Of a stretch of 64,000 bases of DNA, positions 39,942-50,160 are shown one piece after another. This DNA comes from Clostridia bacterium. GTDB taxonomy: Bacteria; Bacillota; Clostridia; TANB77; CAG-508. How positions within the stretch are numbered: the first letter of the stretch is position 1; every line of letters begins with the position of its first letter. Under the pieces are notes generated by a model. That model ran no database searches. It was not told the DNA's origin and was given only the letters and a program-made list of their open reading frames with translations. The stretch spans positions 50,137-114,136 of the forward strand of contig JAAWDR010000033.1 in NCBI GenBank assembly GCA_022793875.1, read 5' to 3'. The translations under genes were made by a program, and so were the position numbers.

Positions 39942-40505
39942 ATGACAACTGAATTGAAAGAAATGATAGAAAGATATGTACCATATAATGAACAAGAAGA
40001 AAATGATAAAGAAATGATGCTTGAATATATACACACATTTAAAGATGTATTAACAAGAGAAAACAGAATGTGTCACTTTACAGCATCAAATTGGATAGTA
40101 AATAAAGAAAGAACAAAAGTATTAATGATTCATCATAACATATACAAATCATGGGCATGGACAGGAGGACATGCAGATGGAGATAGTGATTTATTACATG
40201 TTGCATTAAAAGAGGCAGAGGAAGAAACAGGATTAAAAAATTTGAAATTGTTAAGTAATGGAATTTATGGAATACAAATAGTTACTGTAGATAGCCATGT
40301 AAAAAGAGGAAAATTCGTGCCTTCACATTTGCATTTAGATTGTTGTTTTTTAGTAGAAGCAGATGAAGAAGAAGTATTAAGGATTAAAGAAGATGAAAAT
40401 AGCGGTGTGCAATGGATTGATATTGATAAAGCTGTAGAGGTTACAAAGGAAGAAAAAATGAAGCCTATATATAGAAAATTGAATGAAAAATTAGCTGAAT
40501 TGTAA
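39942..40505 (+). CDS. NUDIX hydrolase
   Basis: Nudix box GGHADGDSDLLHVALKEAEEETG; 187 aa; AGGAGG RBS. Confidence 0.8.
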   Translation: MTTELKEMIERYVPYNEQEENDKEMMLEYIHTFKDVLTRENRMCHFTASNWIVNKERTKVLMIHHNIYKSWAWTGGHADGDSDLLHVALKEAEEETGLKNLKLLSNGIYGIQIVTVDSHVKRGKFVPSHLHLDCCFLVEADEEEVLRIKEDENSGVQWIDIDKAVEVTKEEKMKPIYRKLNEKLAEL

Positions 40506-40514
40506 AAAGTAGAA

Positions 40515-40628
40515 AAAGAGGGATTAAGGGGACAGGTCTTAAAATCCCTCTTTTTGTTTTAGATATATAAATAATTTTAAAATTAATTAAAAGAGGGATT
40601 TTAAGACCTGTCCCCTTAATCCCTCTTG
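40515..40628. repeat. REP-like hairpin: two inverted 39-bp units (same family as the 3369-3741 outer arms)
   Basis: AAAGAGGGATTAAGGGGACAGGTCTTAAAATCCCTCTTT and its reverse complement, separated by 36 nt. Each unit is itself palindromic (AGAGGGATT/AATCCCTCT). Lies between convergent genes. Confidence 0.7.
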
Positions 40629-40654
40629 AGACCCAATCTCATTAATCGCATCTT

Positions 40655-41571
40655 TTATAGTACAGCCCCCAAAACTAAAATACCCAAATTATCCCTATAA
40701 ATCTCATCAAACTGAGAAATAGGCAAAGGATTTTCACCAATACCAGCCTCAATAGTATAACCAGGACGATTATAAGTCTGAATAAACCAATCTTTAAAAC
40801 CTGCAAAACTAGAATTATAAGGAACATCAGCTAATACATAACCACTAGAACTTGCAAAACGTTTACCAATCTCATAACCACGAGGAGGATTAATATTCTG
40901 AAAATTCCAATAAATTTCCTTACCTTGAGTATGATAAGAAATAGTCAATCTAAAATCATGAGAAAGAGTAAAATCATAAATAGTTAAAGCCTCAGGTTCA
41001 GTTAAAGGTCCGTAGCCAACAAAATCACGAGGAGCAGGAGTAGTAAAACCTTGAGCATACTTTATTTTTTTTGCATTTTCCCAACCAGCAGGAAATTGTA
41101 AATTTAAATCAACACCATTTATATTAGCTTTCCAACCGACTAGGAAAAGGAATAGTAGCAAATTGATTAGCAATATTTTGAGCAGATAAGAAAGCAGGAC
41201 CAGAATTTAAATGTCCAGTAACTAAATCAACACTATCAGGATTAACCATAGGCATAATATAAATAGAAGCAGAATTAAATAAACGTTTAATAGAATAGCC
41301 ATATAAATTAGAATTGCTATTATAAGCCACACAATAATCTTCAATAAACTTCATAAGCAAAACACTTGTAATCCATTCATTACCGATGTATAGAGCCAGA
41401 GTAAAATACTTTTTTAGTACCATTACCAAGCTTAACAACATAAATATTCTTGCCCAAAACACTAGTGCCAGCAGACTGAATATTTAGAAAAGGATAAATG
41501 CGATTAAGCATAATAAGATTTTGTATTAATAAAGTAGAATTATAATTAACATTTGTTGGAACAATACTCAT
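40655..41571 (-). CDS. M14-family zinc peptidase (gamma-D-glutamyl-meso-diaminopimelate peptidase-like), interrupted by two +1 frame changes at CGG (minus-strand codons at 41383-41385 and 41137-41139)
   Basis: Three overlapping minus-strand ORFs join as ..KVFYSGSIH | GNEWITS...ATIPFPS | GWKANINGVDLNLQFPAGW.., restoring the M14 motifs HGNEW and NGVDLN. Confidence 0.75.
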
Positions 41572-41714
41572 TTTTAATCACCTAAGATATTGTTATTAAA
41601 AAAATGTAAAGAATATTCATAAATAGAGAAAATAGTAAGATATTAATTATAAAATTCAAAAGAGAAAAATTAACAAAAAACTATATTTAGAATATAGATA
41701 ATAGGGGTGAAAAA

Positions 41715-42659
41715 ATGAATTACAAATATTATAATTCAAATAATAATGGACAGGATGACTATGGATTAAAATACATAGATGACCAAGGATATGGATTAAT
41801 ATGTAAAGATTACAGAGTGGAATTCCCGCCACAACATCAGAATACACAACCAGGAATGGAATATCTAATGACACCAAGACCAATATTTAATAATCCATAT
41901 TATAGAGCATCAGGAAAACTACTAAATAAAGTTGCAATAATAACAGGAGGAGATTCAGGAATAGGAAGAGCAGTAGCTGTTGGATTTGTAAAAGAAGGTG
42001 CAAAGGTTGTAATTGCATATTATAATGAACATGAAGATGCAGAAGAAACAAAACAATTTATAGAAAGATTAGGAGGAACATGTATATTAATAGCAGGAGA
42101 TATAAAAGATACTAAGTTTTGCGATAAAATAGTACAAGAAACAATAAATAAATTTGGAAGAATTGATATTTTAGTAAATAATGCAGGTGTTCAATATCAA
42201 CAAAAAAGCTTAATAGATATAACAGACGAACAATTTGACCTAACATTGAAAACAAATATATATTCAATGTTTTATTTAACCAAAAGAGCATTAAAGTATA
42301 TGATGCCAGGAGCAAGTATAATAAATGTAACATCAATAACAACTTTTAAAGGAGAACCAGAATTAATAGACTATGTAACAAGTAAAGGTGCAATAGTAGG
42401 ATTTACAAGGTCACTTTCAACAAATTTAGCAGATAAAAATATAAGAGTAAATGCAGTATCGCCAGGAGTATTTTGGACACCATTACAACCTGCATGTTGG
42501 GAAGCAGAAAAAATACCTACATTAGGTTCAGATGCACCAATGGGAAGAGCAGGTCATCCATATGAGATAGCACCATTGTTTATATATTTGGCAAGTGATG
42601 ATTCTTCTTATGTTACAGGTCAAGTAATGCATATTAATGGCGGAGAATATAAAGGTTAA
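41715..42659 (+). CDS. SDR-family NAD(P)-dependent oxidoreductase (YhdF/YghA-like)
   Basis: TGGDSGIGRA Rossmann motif, catalytic S..YxxxK, N-terminal extension; 314 aa. Confidence 0.85.
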   Translation: MNYKYYNSNNNGQDDYGLKYIDDQGYGLICKDYRVEFPPQHQNTQPGMEYLMTPRPIFNNPYYRASGKLLNKVAIITGGDSGIGRAVAVGFVKEGAKVVIAYYNEHEDAEETKQFIERLGGTCILIAGDIKDTKFCDKIVQETINKFGRIDILVNNAGVQYQQKSLIDITDEQFDLTLKTNIYSMFYLTKRALKYMMPGASIINVTSITTFKGEPELIDYVTSKGAIVGFTRSLSTNLADKNIRVNAVSPGVFWTPLQPACWEAEKIPTLGSDAPMGRAGHPYEIAPLFIYLASDDSSYVTGQVMHINGGEYKG

Positions 42660-42733
42660 TATATGATTTGCAAAAAAATATGATATGTGATATAATAGAA
42701 ATGTACAATCGAAAAAACCAAAAGGTGGTAAAA

Positions 42734-43069
42734 ATGGAAAATATATTAGGAATTATATATGTATTAGCATTTGTAATATTCGCATTAGTATTATATGCAG
42801 TAATGCAAATAAAATTATTAGGAATGAAAGTAAAAGATTTTTGGAGCTTTATTGAAGCAAATGAAATGTTAGATAAACTATATAAATTTGCCAAACAATA
42901 TCAAAAGATGTCTCCACAGGAGCAAGTTATATATTTAGCAGAAGCAGAAAAGATATTTACTGCATTTGATAAAGTACCTAAAGAATTATGGGATGAAGAA
43001 TATGAAAAATATAAACAAGTCCTAAGAAAATATAATGATATAAAGATGTTAAGATGGGCATCAAATTAA
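42734..43069 (+). CDS. Small membrane protein (about 111 aa)
   Basis: AAAGGTGG RBS before ATG 42734; one N-terminal TM helix. Confidence 0.45.
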   Translation: MENILGIIYVLAFVIFALVLYAVMQIKLLGMKVKDFWSFIEANEMLDKLYKFAKQYQKMSPQEQVIYLAEAEKIFTAFDKVPKELWDEEYEKYKQVLRKYNDIKMLRWASN

Positions 43070-43303
43070 ATTTTAAAATGAATTTATAAAATAGATTGAT
43101 TTTTACAAATAAGTATGGTATTATATTACCATACTTATTTTAATTCATTTAAATTTTAAGTTCTAAAAAATGCATTGATTTAAATGCAAAAGAAAAGATT
43201 TTTTTTCAATGTAAGTTATTTGACTTATTCATATACCTCAACGTTTCATTTATTCAAGAGGTAGAAAAAATCATTAAAATATGAAAAGAAAGGAGGTAGA
43301 AAG

Positions 43304-43837
43304 ATGAGTAAAGAATTCGAAGAATTGGTAATTAAAAAACTTGGGAAATTTGAAGAATTTGAAGAATTAGTAATTAAGAAATTTGAAGAATCAGAAAAAT
43401 TTCAGAAAATAGCAATGAAAAAATTTGATGAAATACAACAAGATATATCAGAAGTGAAACAAGATGTAACAGTATTAAAGAAAGATGTAACAGTGCTGAA
43501 ACAAGATGTAACAGTATTAAAGAAAGATGTATCAGGATTAAAAAATGATGTAACAACATTAAAAAGAGATATAAAAGAATTAAAAGAAGATACAAAAATG
43601 TTAAAAAATGAAGTATTTAATGTTATAAAACCATCATTGAAATCAATTGAACAAAAAGTAGATTTAATGACAAATGTAAATACAGCAAGAATATTAAATG
43701 AACAAACTAGAAATAATGATGAGCAAAATAAAAATCATAAAGAAGTAATGAAAAAAATAGAACAATATGAAAAGAATAATGAATTAGAACACAGTAGATT
43801 AAATTATGAAATATGTAAATTAAAAGCACATGCTTAA
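43304..43837 (+). CDS. Coiled-coil hypothetical protein with intragenic 21-bp (7-aa) tandem repeats
   Basis: AGGAGG RBS. DVTVLKK-type heptad x6 (KQDVTVLKKDVTVLKQDVTVLKKDVSGLKNDVTTLKRDIKELK). An EFEELVIKK duplication sits at the N-terminus. Confidence 0.55.
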   Translation: MSKEFEELVIKKLGKFEEFEELVIKKFEESEKFQKIAMKKFDEIQQDISEVKQDVTVLKKDVTVLKQDVTVLKKDVSGLKNDVTTLKRDIKELKEDTKMLKNEVFNVIKPSLKSIEQKVDLMTNVNTARILNEQTRNNDEQNKNHKEVMKKIEQYEKNNELEHSRLNYEICKLKAHA

Positions 43838-43955
43838 AATAAGGAACACTTAACAAATCATAAAATGATTTGTTAAGTGTTTTATGTAATTTGCACTTGA
43901 AAATGAAAAAACGATGTGCTATAATTTGAAACATAAACAAAAAGGAGTGAAAAAA

Positions 43956-44993
43956 ATGTCAAAAGAAGAAAAGAAAAAAGGAGTAAATATATTTTTTAAA
44001 ATAGTAATAGTACTAATATTAATAATAATCATTTTATTAGGTGTAGCATTTTTTTATGTAAAAGGTAAATTAGATAAAATACAAAAAGTAGAACTACCAA
44101 AAGACGAAGAATTAGGCATTACAGAAGAAATAGAACAAAAATTAACAGGATATAGAAATATAGCCATATTTGGAGTAGATAGTAGAGCAGATGATTATGG
44201 AAGAGGAAATAGAAGCGATTGTATAGTTATAGCAAGTATAAATAATGACACAGGAGAAATAAAATTAGCATCAGTATATAGAGATACATATGTAAATATA
44301 GATGGATATGGATTAGATAAAATAACACATGCATATTCATATGGAGAAGCGCCACTAGCAATAAAAACACTAAACAAAAACTTAGACCTTAATATAAATG
44401 AATTCGTAACAGTTAATTTTGATTCGGTAGCAGAAGCGGTTGACCAATTAGGAGGAATTAAATTAACAATAGACTCAGAAGAAATAAAATACATAAATGG
44501 ATACATAGATGAAACATCAAGAGTTACAGGAAAAAAATCACAACATATAACACAACCAGGAACATATACAGTAGATGGAGTACAAGCAGTAGCATATTCT
44601 AGAATAAGATATACAGCAGGAGGAGATTACAAGAGGACAGAAAGAATGAGAACTGTAATTGAAGCAATGTTTGCAAAATTAAAAACTAGAAATTTAAAAG
44701 AAATAAATTCATTTGCAGATGCCATATTACCACATGTATATACAAATATATCAGCAACAGATATAATTTCAATGGTACCAAGTATGGCAAAATATAAAGT
44801 AACAGAAAGTGTAGGATGGCCTTATAATACAAAGGGAAAAACGATGGATAGATGGTATGGAATTCCAGTAACATTAGAATCAAATGTAATACAATTGCAT
44901 AAAGAAATATTTGGAGAAGAAGATTACGTTCCATCAGATACTGTAAAATCAATAAGTCAAAGTATTGTAAATAAAACAGGATATAAAAATTAG
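43956..44993 (+). CDS. LytR-CpsA-Psr (LCP) family cell-envelope phosphotransferase
   Basis: N-terminal TM helix and LCP domain (..RSDCIVIASINNDTG..). AAAAGGAG RBS before ATG 43956. 345 aa. Confidence 0.85.
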   Translation: MSKEEKKKGVNIFFKIVIVLILIIIILLGVAFFYVKGKLDKIQKVELPKDEELGITEEIEQKLTGYRNIAIFGVDSRADDYGRGNRSDCIVIASINNDTGEIKLASVYRDTYVNIDGYGLDKITHAYSYGEAPLAIKTLNKNLDLNINEFVTVNFDSVAEAVDQLGGIKLTIDSEEIKYINGYIDETSRVTGKKSQHITQPGTYTVDGVQAVAYSRIRYTAGGDYKRTERMRTVIEAMFAKLKTRNLKEINSFADAILPHVYTNISATDIISMVPSMAKYKVTESVGWPYNTKGKTMDRWYGIPVTLESNVIQLHKEIFGEEDYVPSDTVKSISQSIVNKTGYKN

Positions 44994-45054
44994 GAAAATT
45001 AAAGTTCAGTAAGATAAAATATTCTTACTGAACTTTATTAAAGAGGAATTAAGA

Positions 45055-45558
45055 ATGAATATAAAAATACAAAGAGTAATTTTTGCTATACTAACTATAA
45101 TAACTTTTGTAGCAATTTTTATCTTTTCAAATCAAAATGGTGAAAAGTCAGGTTCGACAAGTAGATCATTTACAAGAAAAATAATAGAGATTTTTCGAAT
45201 AGACAAAAATTTAAATGAAATTGAAAAAGAAGAATTAATAGCAAATTCACAATATATCATAAGAAAACTAGCACATTTTACAATTTATACAATAGCAGGA
45301 ATAAATATATATGGATTTGTTAACACATATAATATTAAAAAAAGTAATAAATTAATTATTACAATTTTGATAGGAATATTATATGCAATATCAGATGAAA
45401 TGCATCAGATGTTTTCAGGAGGCAGAACACCAGCAGTGAAAGATGTATGTATTGATACTATAGGAGTTATGTTCGGAATATGTACATTTATAGCAATAAA
45501 TAAAATAATAAAAGTTTGTCAAAAAATAAGTAAAAATGCTAATAACTTATTTACATAA
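45055..45558 (+). CDS. VanZ-like family membrane protein
   Basis: Four TM helices; conserved RKLAHFTIY; 167 aa. Confidence 0.65.
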   Translation: MNIKIQRVIFAILTIITFVAIFIFSNQNGEKSGSTSRSFTRKIIEIFRIDKNLNEIEKEELIANSQYIIRKLAHFTIYTIAGINIYGFVNTYNIKKSNKLIITILIGILYAISDEMHQMFSGGRTPAVKDVCIDTIGVMFGICTFIAINKIIKVCQKISKNANNLFT

Positions 45559-45832
45559 ATATGATTTTTAAAAATTGACAAATTTTTTATTATATTATAA
45601 TATATAAATATGTAGAAATATTGTATTTTTAATAATAATAAATATAATATTTCTGTTTTTACTACAAGTATTTACATTAATTATAGGTTTTTTGATATTT
45701 TTTGTAATATTTTTAAGCATTATGGTAATTGTTCCATAATTTACTTATGAAATATGTAGAAAAAGTATTGAAATGAAAATATTGTTATTGTATAATAAAT
45801 GTTGAAGATATGAATATAATGGGGGGATTAAA

Positions 45833-46552
45833 GTGAGTATAAGTGGAGTAAATAAATACAGTTTCGCTGAAGTTAACACTGTAGATAAATTAAGTCCAGC
45901 TGATACTACTATAAATAAAAGAACATTAAAACAACAAATAGAAAAAATAATAAAAAGAATAATAGATGTTTGTGGTGGTTTAGTAGGTGTAATTACTTTA
46001 ATACCACTAACTATTATAATATATATAGCAAATATAATAGCAAAAGATAAAGGACCAGTATTCTATTCTCAACAAAGAATAGGAAAAGATGGAAAAATAT
46101 TTAAAATGTACAAGTATAGATCAATGATAGTAGGTGCAGATAAAATATTAGAAAGATACTTAGAAGAAAATGAAAACGCAAAAAAAGAGTATAAAGAATA
46201 TAAAAAATTAAAAAATGATCCAAGAGTAACAAAAATTGGTAATTTTATTAGAAAAACTAGTTTAGATGAATTTCCACAATTTATAAATGTTTTAAAAGGT
46301 GATATGAGTTTGGTTGGACCTAGACCATATTTACCAAGAGAAAAAGAAGATATGGGAAAATATTATACATATATAATCGAATCTAAGCCAGGAATTACAG
46401 GATTTTGGCAAATTGCTGGTAGAAGCGATGTTACTTTTGAAGATAGATTGAAAATGGATTATAATTATAATCAAAATAAAAGTTTAAAAACAGATATGAA
46501 ATTATTAATAAAAACAGTTATAAATGTGGCTAAAAAAGAAGGAGCGATATAA
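45833..46552 (+). CDS. Undecaprenyl-phosphate sugar phosphotransferase (bacterial sugar transferase, initiating enzyme)
   Basis: PF02397-type C-terminal domain: GPVFYSQQRIGKDGKIFKMYKYRSM ... PQFINVLKGDMSLVGPRP. GTG start after GGGGGG. Confidence 0.85.
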   Translation: MSISGVNKYSFAEVNTVDKLSPADTTINKRTLKQQIEKIIKRIIDVCGGLVGVITLIPLTIIIYIANIIAKDKGPVFYSQQRIGKDGKIFKMYKYRSMIVGADKILERYLEENENAKKEYKEYKKLKNDPRVTKIGNFIRKTSLDEFPQFINVLKGDMSLVGPRPYLPREKEDMGKYYTYIIESKPGITGFWQIAGRSDVTFEDRLKMDYNYNQNKSLKTDMKLLIKTVINVAKKEGAI

Positions 46553-46558
46553 GTAAAA

Positions 46559-47017
46559 ATGAAAAGACAAAAACCAAGAATATGTTTAGTATCCTCATCA
46601 GGGGGGCATTGGGAACAATTGCAAAAATTACAACCATTAATAGACAAATATGATGGATTTTTTGTGACTGAAAAAACTCAATTTGAAGCAAATGCTAAAT
46701 ATTTTATGAAACAAACAGATTTAAAAGATAAACTAATGCCAATAAAAATGATATACAATGCAATTAAGACATTAATAATTTGGATAAAGGAAAGACCGGA
46801 TTTCGTAATAACTACAGGAACAATGGTTGCATATCCATTTTATTTATTAGCAATATTATTTCATAAGAAGTTTATATTTATAGAGACTTTTGGTAGGGCA
46901 AATATGCCAACAGTTGCTGGAAAGAAAATGGAAAAACATTCAGACTTGTTTATAGTTCAATGGGAAACTCAAAAAAAATTTTATAAAAAAGCTATTTATG
47001 GGGGGTGTTTATATTGA
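46559..47017 (+). CDS. Alg14-like glycosyltransferase membrane subunit (EpsE/Cps14F-type)
   Basis: CLVSSSGGHWEQ motif typical of Alg14/PssD; 152 aa. Confidence 0.8.
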   Translation: MKRQKPRICLVSSSGGHWEQLQKLQPLIDKYDGFFVTEKTQFEANAKYFMKQTDLKDKLMPIKMIYNAIKTLIIWIKERPDFVITTGTMVAYPFYLLAILFHKKFIFIETFGRANMPTVAGKKMEKHSDLFIVQWETQKKFYKKAIYGGCLY

Positions 47018-47514
47018 TTTTTGTATGTGTAGGATCAAGGAACTACCCTTTTGACAGGTTATTTAAAAAGTTAGATGAATTATGTGATGATGAAATTATA
47101 AAAGAAGATATATTTGCGCAAATAGGAACATCAACATATAAACCTAAAAACTTTAAATATAAAGATTTTATTTCACAAGAAGAGTTTATAGAAAAAGTAA
47201 AAGAATCAGATATAGTTATCAGTCATGGAGCATCAGGCTCTATTATGAAAGCTTTAAATGCAGGTAAAAAAGTTATAGCAGTAACGAGGCTTGAAAAATA
47301 TGGAGAGCATATCAATGATCATCAAATACAAAATAATGAAGCTTTTGCATCAAATGGATATGTATTGCCTGTATATGAAATGGGCGAATTAAAAGAGGCT
47401 ATACAAAAGATTTATGATGGGACAGATGATTTGGTGCCTTGGGAGAATAAAGATCCGATGGCAATTGTTAATCTGATAGATAAGTTTATACAAGAGAATT
47501 GGGAGAAGAAATAA
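47005..47514 (+). CDS. Alg13-like glycosyltransferase catalytic subunit (EpsF/Cps14G-type, GT28 C-terminal domain)
   Basis: VCVGSRNYPFDRL motif; 169 aa; overlaps its neighbours. Confidence 0.8.
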   Translation: MFILIFVCVGSRNYPFDRLFKKLDELCDDEIIKEDIFAQIGTSTYKPKNFKYKDFISQEEFIEKVKESDIVISHGASGSIMKALNAGKKVIAVTRLEKYGEHINDHQIQNNEAFASNGYVLPVYEMGELKEAIQKIYDGTDDLVPWENKDPMAIVNLIDKFIQENWEKK

Positions 47515-48373
47515 TGGATAAAAAAGCAGTACTAAAAAAAATCAAATATACCTTAAGAGTTTTGCCAGATAAAGTATATATAAAATTATATTATTTTGCT
47601 CAATTTAAAAAGAAATGTAATTTAAGAAATCCACAAACATTTAACGAAAAATTAAATTGGCTTAAATTACATGATAGAAATCCTAATTACGTTAATATGG
47701 TAGATAAGTTTGAAGCAAAGAAATATGCATCGGACATAATAGGAGAAGAATATATAATACCGACTATTGGAGTATGGGATAAATTTGAAGATATTGATTT
47801 TAATAGATTACCTAAACAATTTGTTTTAAAATGTACACATGATTCTGAAGGAGTAGTAATAGTAAAAAATAAAGAGAATTTTAATAAAAAAGAAGCAAAA
47901 AAGAAAATAGAAAAAGCGATGAAATATAATTTTTACTATATTGGAAGAGAGTGGCCATATAAAGTGATAAAACCTAGAATAATTGCTGAACAATATATGG
48001 AAGATCATGTTGATGGTGAATTAAGAGATTATAAATTTTTTTGTTTCGATGGAGAACCAAAGGCAATGTTTATTGCAACAGATAGAAGTAAGGGAAAAAC
48101 AAAGTTTGACTACTTTGATTTAGAATTTAATCATTTAGATATAAAGCAACATTACCCAAACTCAAAAGAACAAATTAGAAAACCAAAAAATTTTGAAAAA
48201 TGATTGAATTATCAAGAAAATTGTCAAAAGGATTGAAACACGTAAGAATTGATTTTTATGAGGTTGATGGAAAATTATATTTTGGGGAAATAACATTTTA
48301 TCATTTTAGCGGATTCCAACCGTTTATTCCAGAAAAATGGGATATGACATTTGGTGATTGGCTACATATTTAA
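47514..48373 (+). pseudogene. TupA-like ATP-grasp protein split by a -1 frame change at an A5 tract (48196-48203)
   Basis: Part 1 ends ..KPKNFEK then TGA. Part 2 (48200-48373) MIELSRKLSKGLKHVRIDFYEVDGKLYFGEITFYHFSG.. is the conserved C-terminus. The stop and start overlap as ATGA. Confidence 0.65.
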
Positions 48374-48403
48374 ATGCAATGACTAAAAAGGAGAAAAAAA
48401 CAA

Positions 48404-49501
48404 GTGAAAGTACTATATATATTACCAAAAGGATTATTCATAGAAGGAATTTCCGCTATTGTATTAAATTATTTTCATAATATAGATGAAAATAAAATTA
48501 GCATCGATTTTGTTGTGCCTTTTGTAATTCCAAGTATTGAAAAGGCAATAAAAGATAAAGGTAGAAAAATATATTTGATACAGGGAAGAAAGAAGAATCC
48601 ATTTAAGTATATAAAAGAGTTAACCAGAGTAATAAAAGAAGGAGAATATGATGCAGTTCATGCTCATGGAAGCAGTGCAATGATATGTATTGAGATGATA
48701 GCTGCAAAAAGAGCAGGATGTAAAATAAGAATTGCACATAGCCATAATACAAAGACTGATCACAAGGTTCTAGACAAAATTTTAAGACCAATATTGTATA
48801 AAACTTATACAAATGGATTTGCGTGTGGAAAAGAAGCGGGAAAATGGTTATTTAAAAAAAGAAAATTTGAAATAATAAACAATGGAAAGAATATAGAAGA
48901 ATATGAATATAATTCAAAAATCAGACAAGAGGTTAGAAAAAAATACAATCTGTCAGAAAAAATAGTTATAGGACATGTAGGTGGATTTAATTATCAAAAA
49001 AATCACGAATATTTACTAGATATATTTTATCAATTAAATGCAATAAATAAAAATAAGTATGCATTGATTTTGATAGGCGATGGCAAATTAAGACTTCAAA
49101 TAGAAGAAAAAGCAAAGAGATTAGGCATATTTGATAATATTATTTTTACAGGTAATACCTCAAAAGTTTCTGAATGGTTGCAGGCAATGGACATAATGGT
49201 ATTGCCATCAAGATTTGAAGGATTTCCAAATGTAGTAGTAGAATGGCAGCTATCAGGATTACCATGTTTGATATCAGATAAAATAACAAAGGATGTTAAA
49301 CTAACAAGATTAGTTGAATTTGCTTCAATTGATGTAGAACCAAAAAAATGGGCCAAAAAAATAGAAAAAATAAAAAGTGAAGACAGAGAAAGTAGCAAAA
49401 AAGAAATATATAAGGATATAAAAGAAAAGGGATTTGACATAAAAGAAAATGCAAAAAAATTAGAAAGAATTTATATGCAATTATATAAAGGAGTTAACTA
49501 A
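48404..49501 (+). CDS. Glycosyltransferase family 4 (GT-B)
   Basis: EGFPNVVVEWQLSGLPCLISD GT4 signature; GTG start after AAAAGGAG; 365 aa. Confidence 0.85.
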   Translation: MKVLYILPKGLFIEGISAIVLNYFHNIDENKISIDFVVPFVIPSIEKAIKDKGRKIYLIQGRKKNPFKYIKELTRVIKEGEYDAVHAHGSSAMICIEMIAAKRAGCKIRIAHSHNTKTDHKVLDKILRPILYKTYTNGFACGKEAGKWLFKKRKFEIINNGKNIEEYEYNSKIRQEVRKKYNLSEKIVIGHVGGFNYQKNHEYLLDIFYQLNAINKNKYALILIGDGKLRLQIEEKAKRLGIFDNIIFTGNTSKVSEWLQAMDIMVLPSRFEGFPNVVVEWQLSGLPCLISDKITKDVKLTRLVEFASIDVEPKKWAKKIEKIKSEDRESSKKEIYKDIKEKGFDIKENAKKLERIYMQLYKGVN

Positions 49502-49509
49502 ATAATAGT

Positions 49510-50145
49510 ATGAATTATGAAACAATTAGACTGAAATTAAGAAAATGTTATATAAAGTTCACATATAAAAAAAGAAGAAAAAAAATAAATTGTAGCGATT
49601 TTACAATAATATCTAACAATTGTTGGGGAGGAACTGTGTACCAAAGCTATGGATTAAGATATAACACGCCAACAGTAGGACTATATTTCATGGCTGAAGA
49701 TTATATAAAATTTATATATAACATAAAAGAGTATTTGAAATTTGATTTGGAGTTCATAGATTTTAGTGAATCTAAAAAAGCAAAACTTACAGGAGAAAAG
49801 CATAGTTATCCAGTAGGAAAGTTGCATGATATAGAGATATATTTTATGCACTATAAATCAAAAGAAGAAGCAAAGAAAAAATGGAATAGAAGAAAAAATA
49901 GAATAAATTGGAATAAAATTATATTTAAATTTTCTAATCAAAATTTTTGTAATAAAGAAAATATAGAACAATTCTTAAAGTTGTCAGAGAAACATAAAAT
50001 TTGTTTTGTTAATAATAAACAATATAACGTTGAAGGTACTATTTTTGTAAAACAATTAAATAGATCTAATGACATTAAAGCATCATATGAGCCGTTTGGA
50101 AATAATAAACAAATTAATATAAATAAATTTATAAATAATTTATAA
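49510..50145 (+). CDS. DUF1919-like exopolysaccharide-locus protein
   Basis: IISNNCWGG motif; 211 aa; embedded in the capsule locus. Confidence 0.55.
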   Translation: MNYETIRLKLRKCYIKFTYKKRRKKINCSDFTIISNNCWGGTVYQSYGLRYNTPTVGLYFMAEDYIKFIYNIKEYLKFDLEFIDFSESKKAKLTGEKHSYPVGKLHDIEIYFMHYKSKEEAKKKWNRRKNRINWNKIIFKFSNQNFCNKENIEQFLKLSEKHKICFVNNKQYNVEGTIFVKQLNRSNDIKASYEPFGNNKQININKFINNL

Positions 50146-50160
50146 AAACAGGAGAAAAAC

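Noticed and set aside
48196-48203. Considered TGA read as a sense codon (code 4/25) to explain split genes
   Set aside because: The continuation of every split protein is in a different frame, so stop-codon reassignment cannot repair them. TAA, TAG and TGA all terminate well-conserved genes here.
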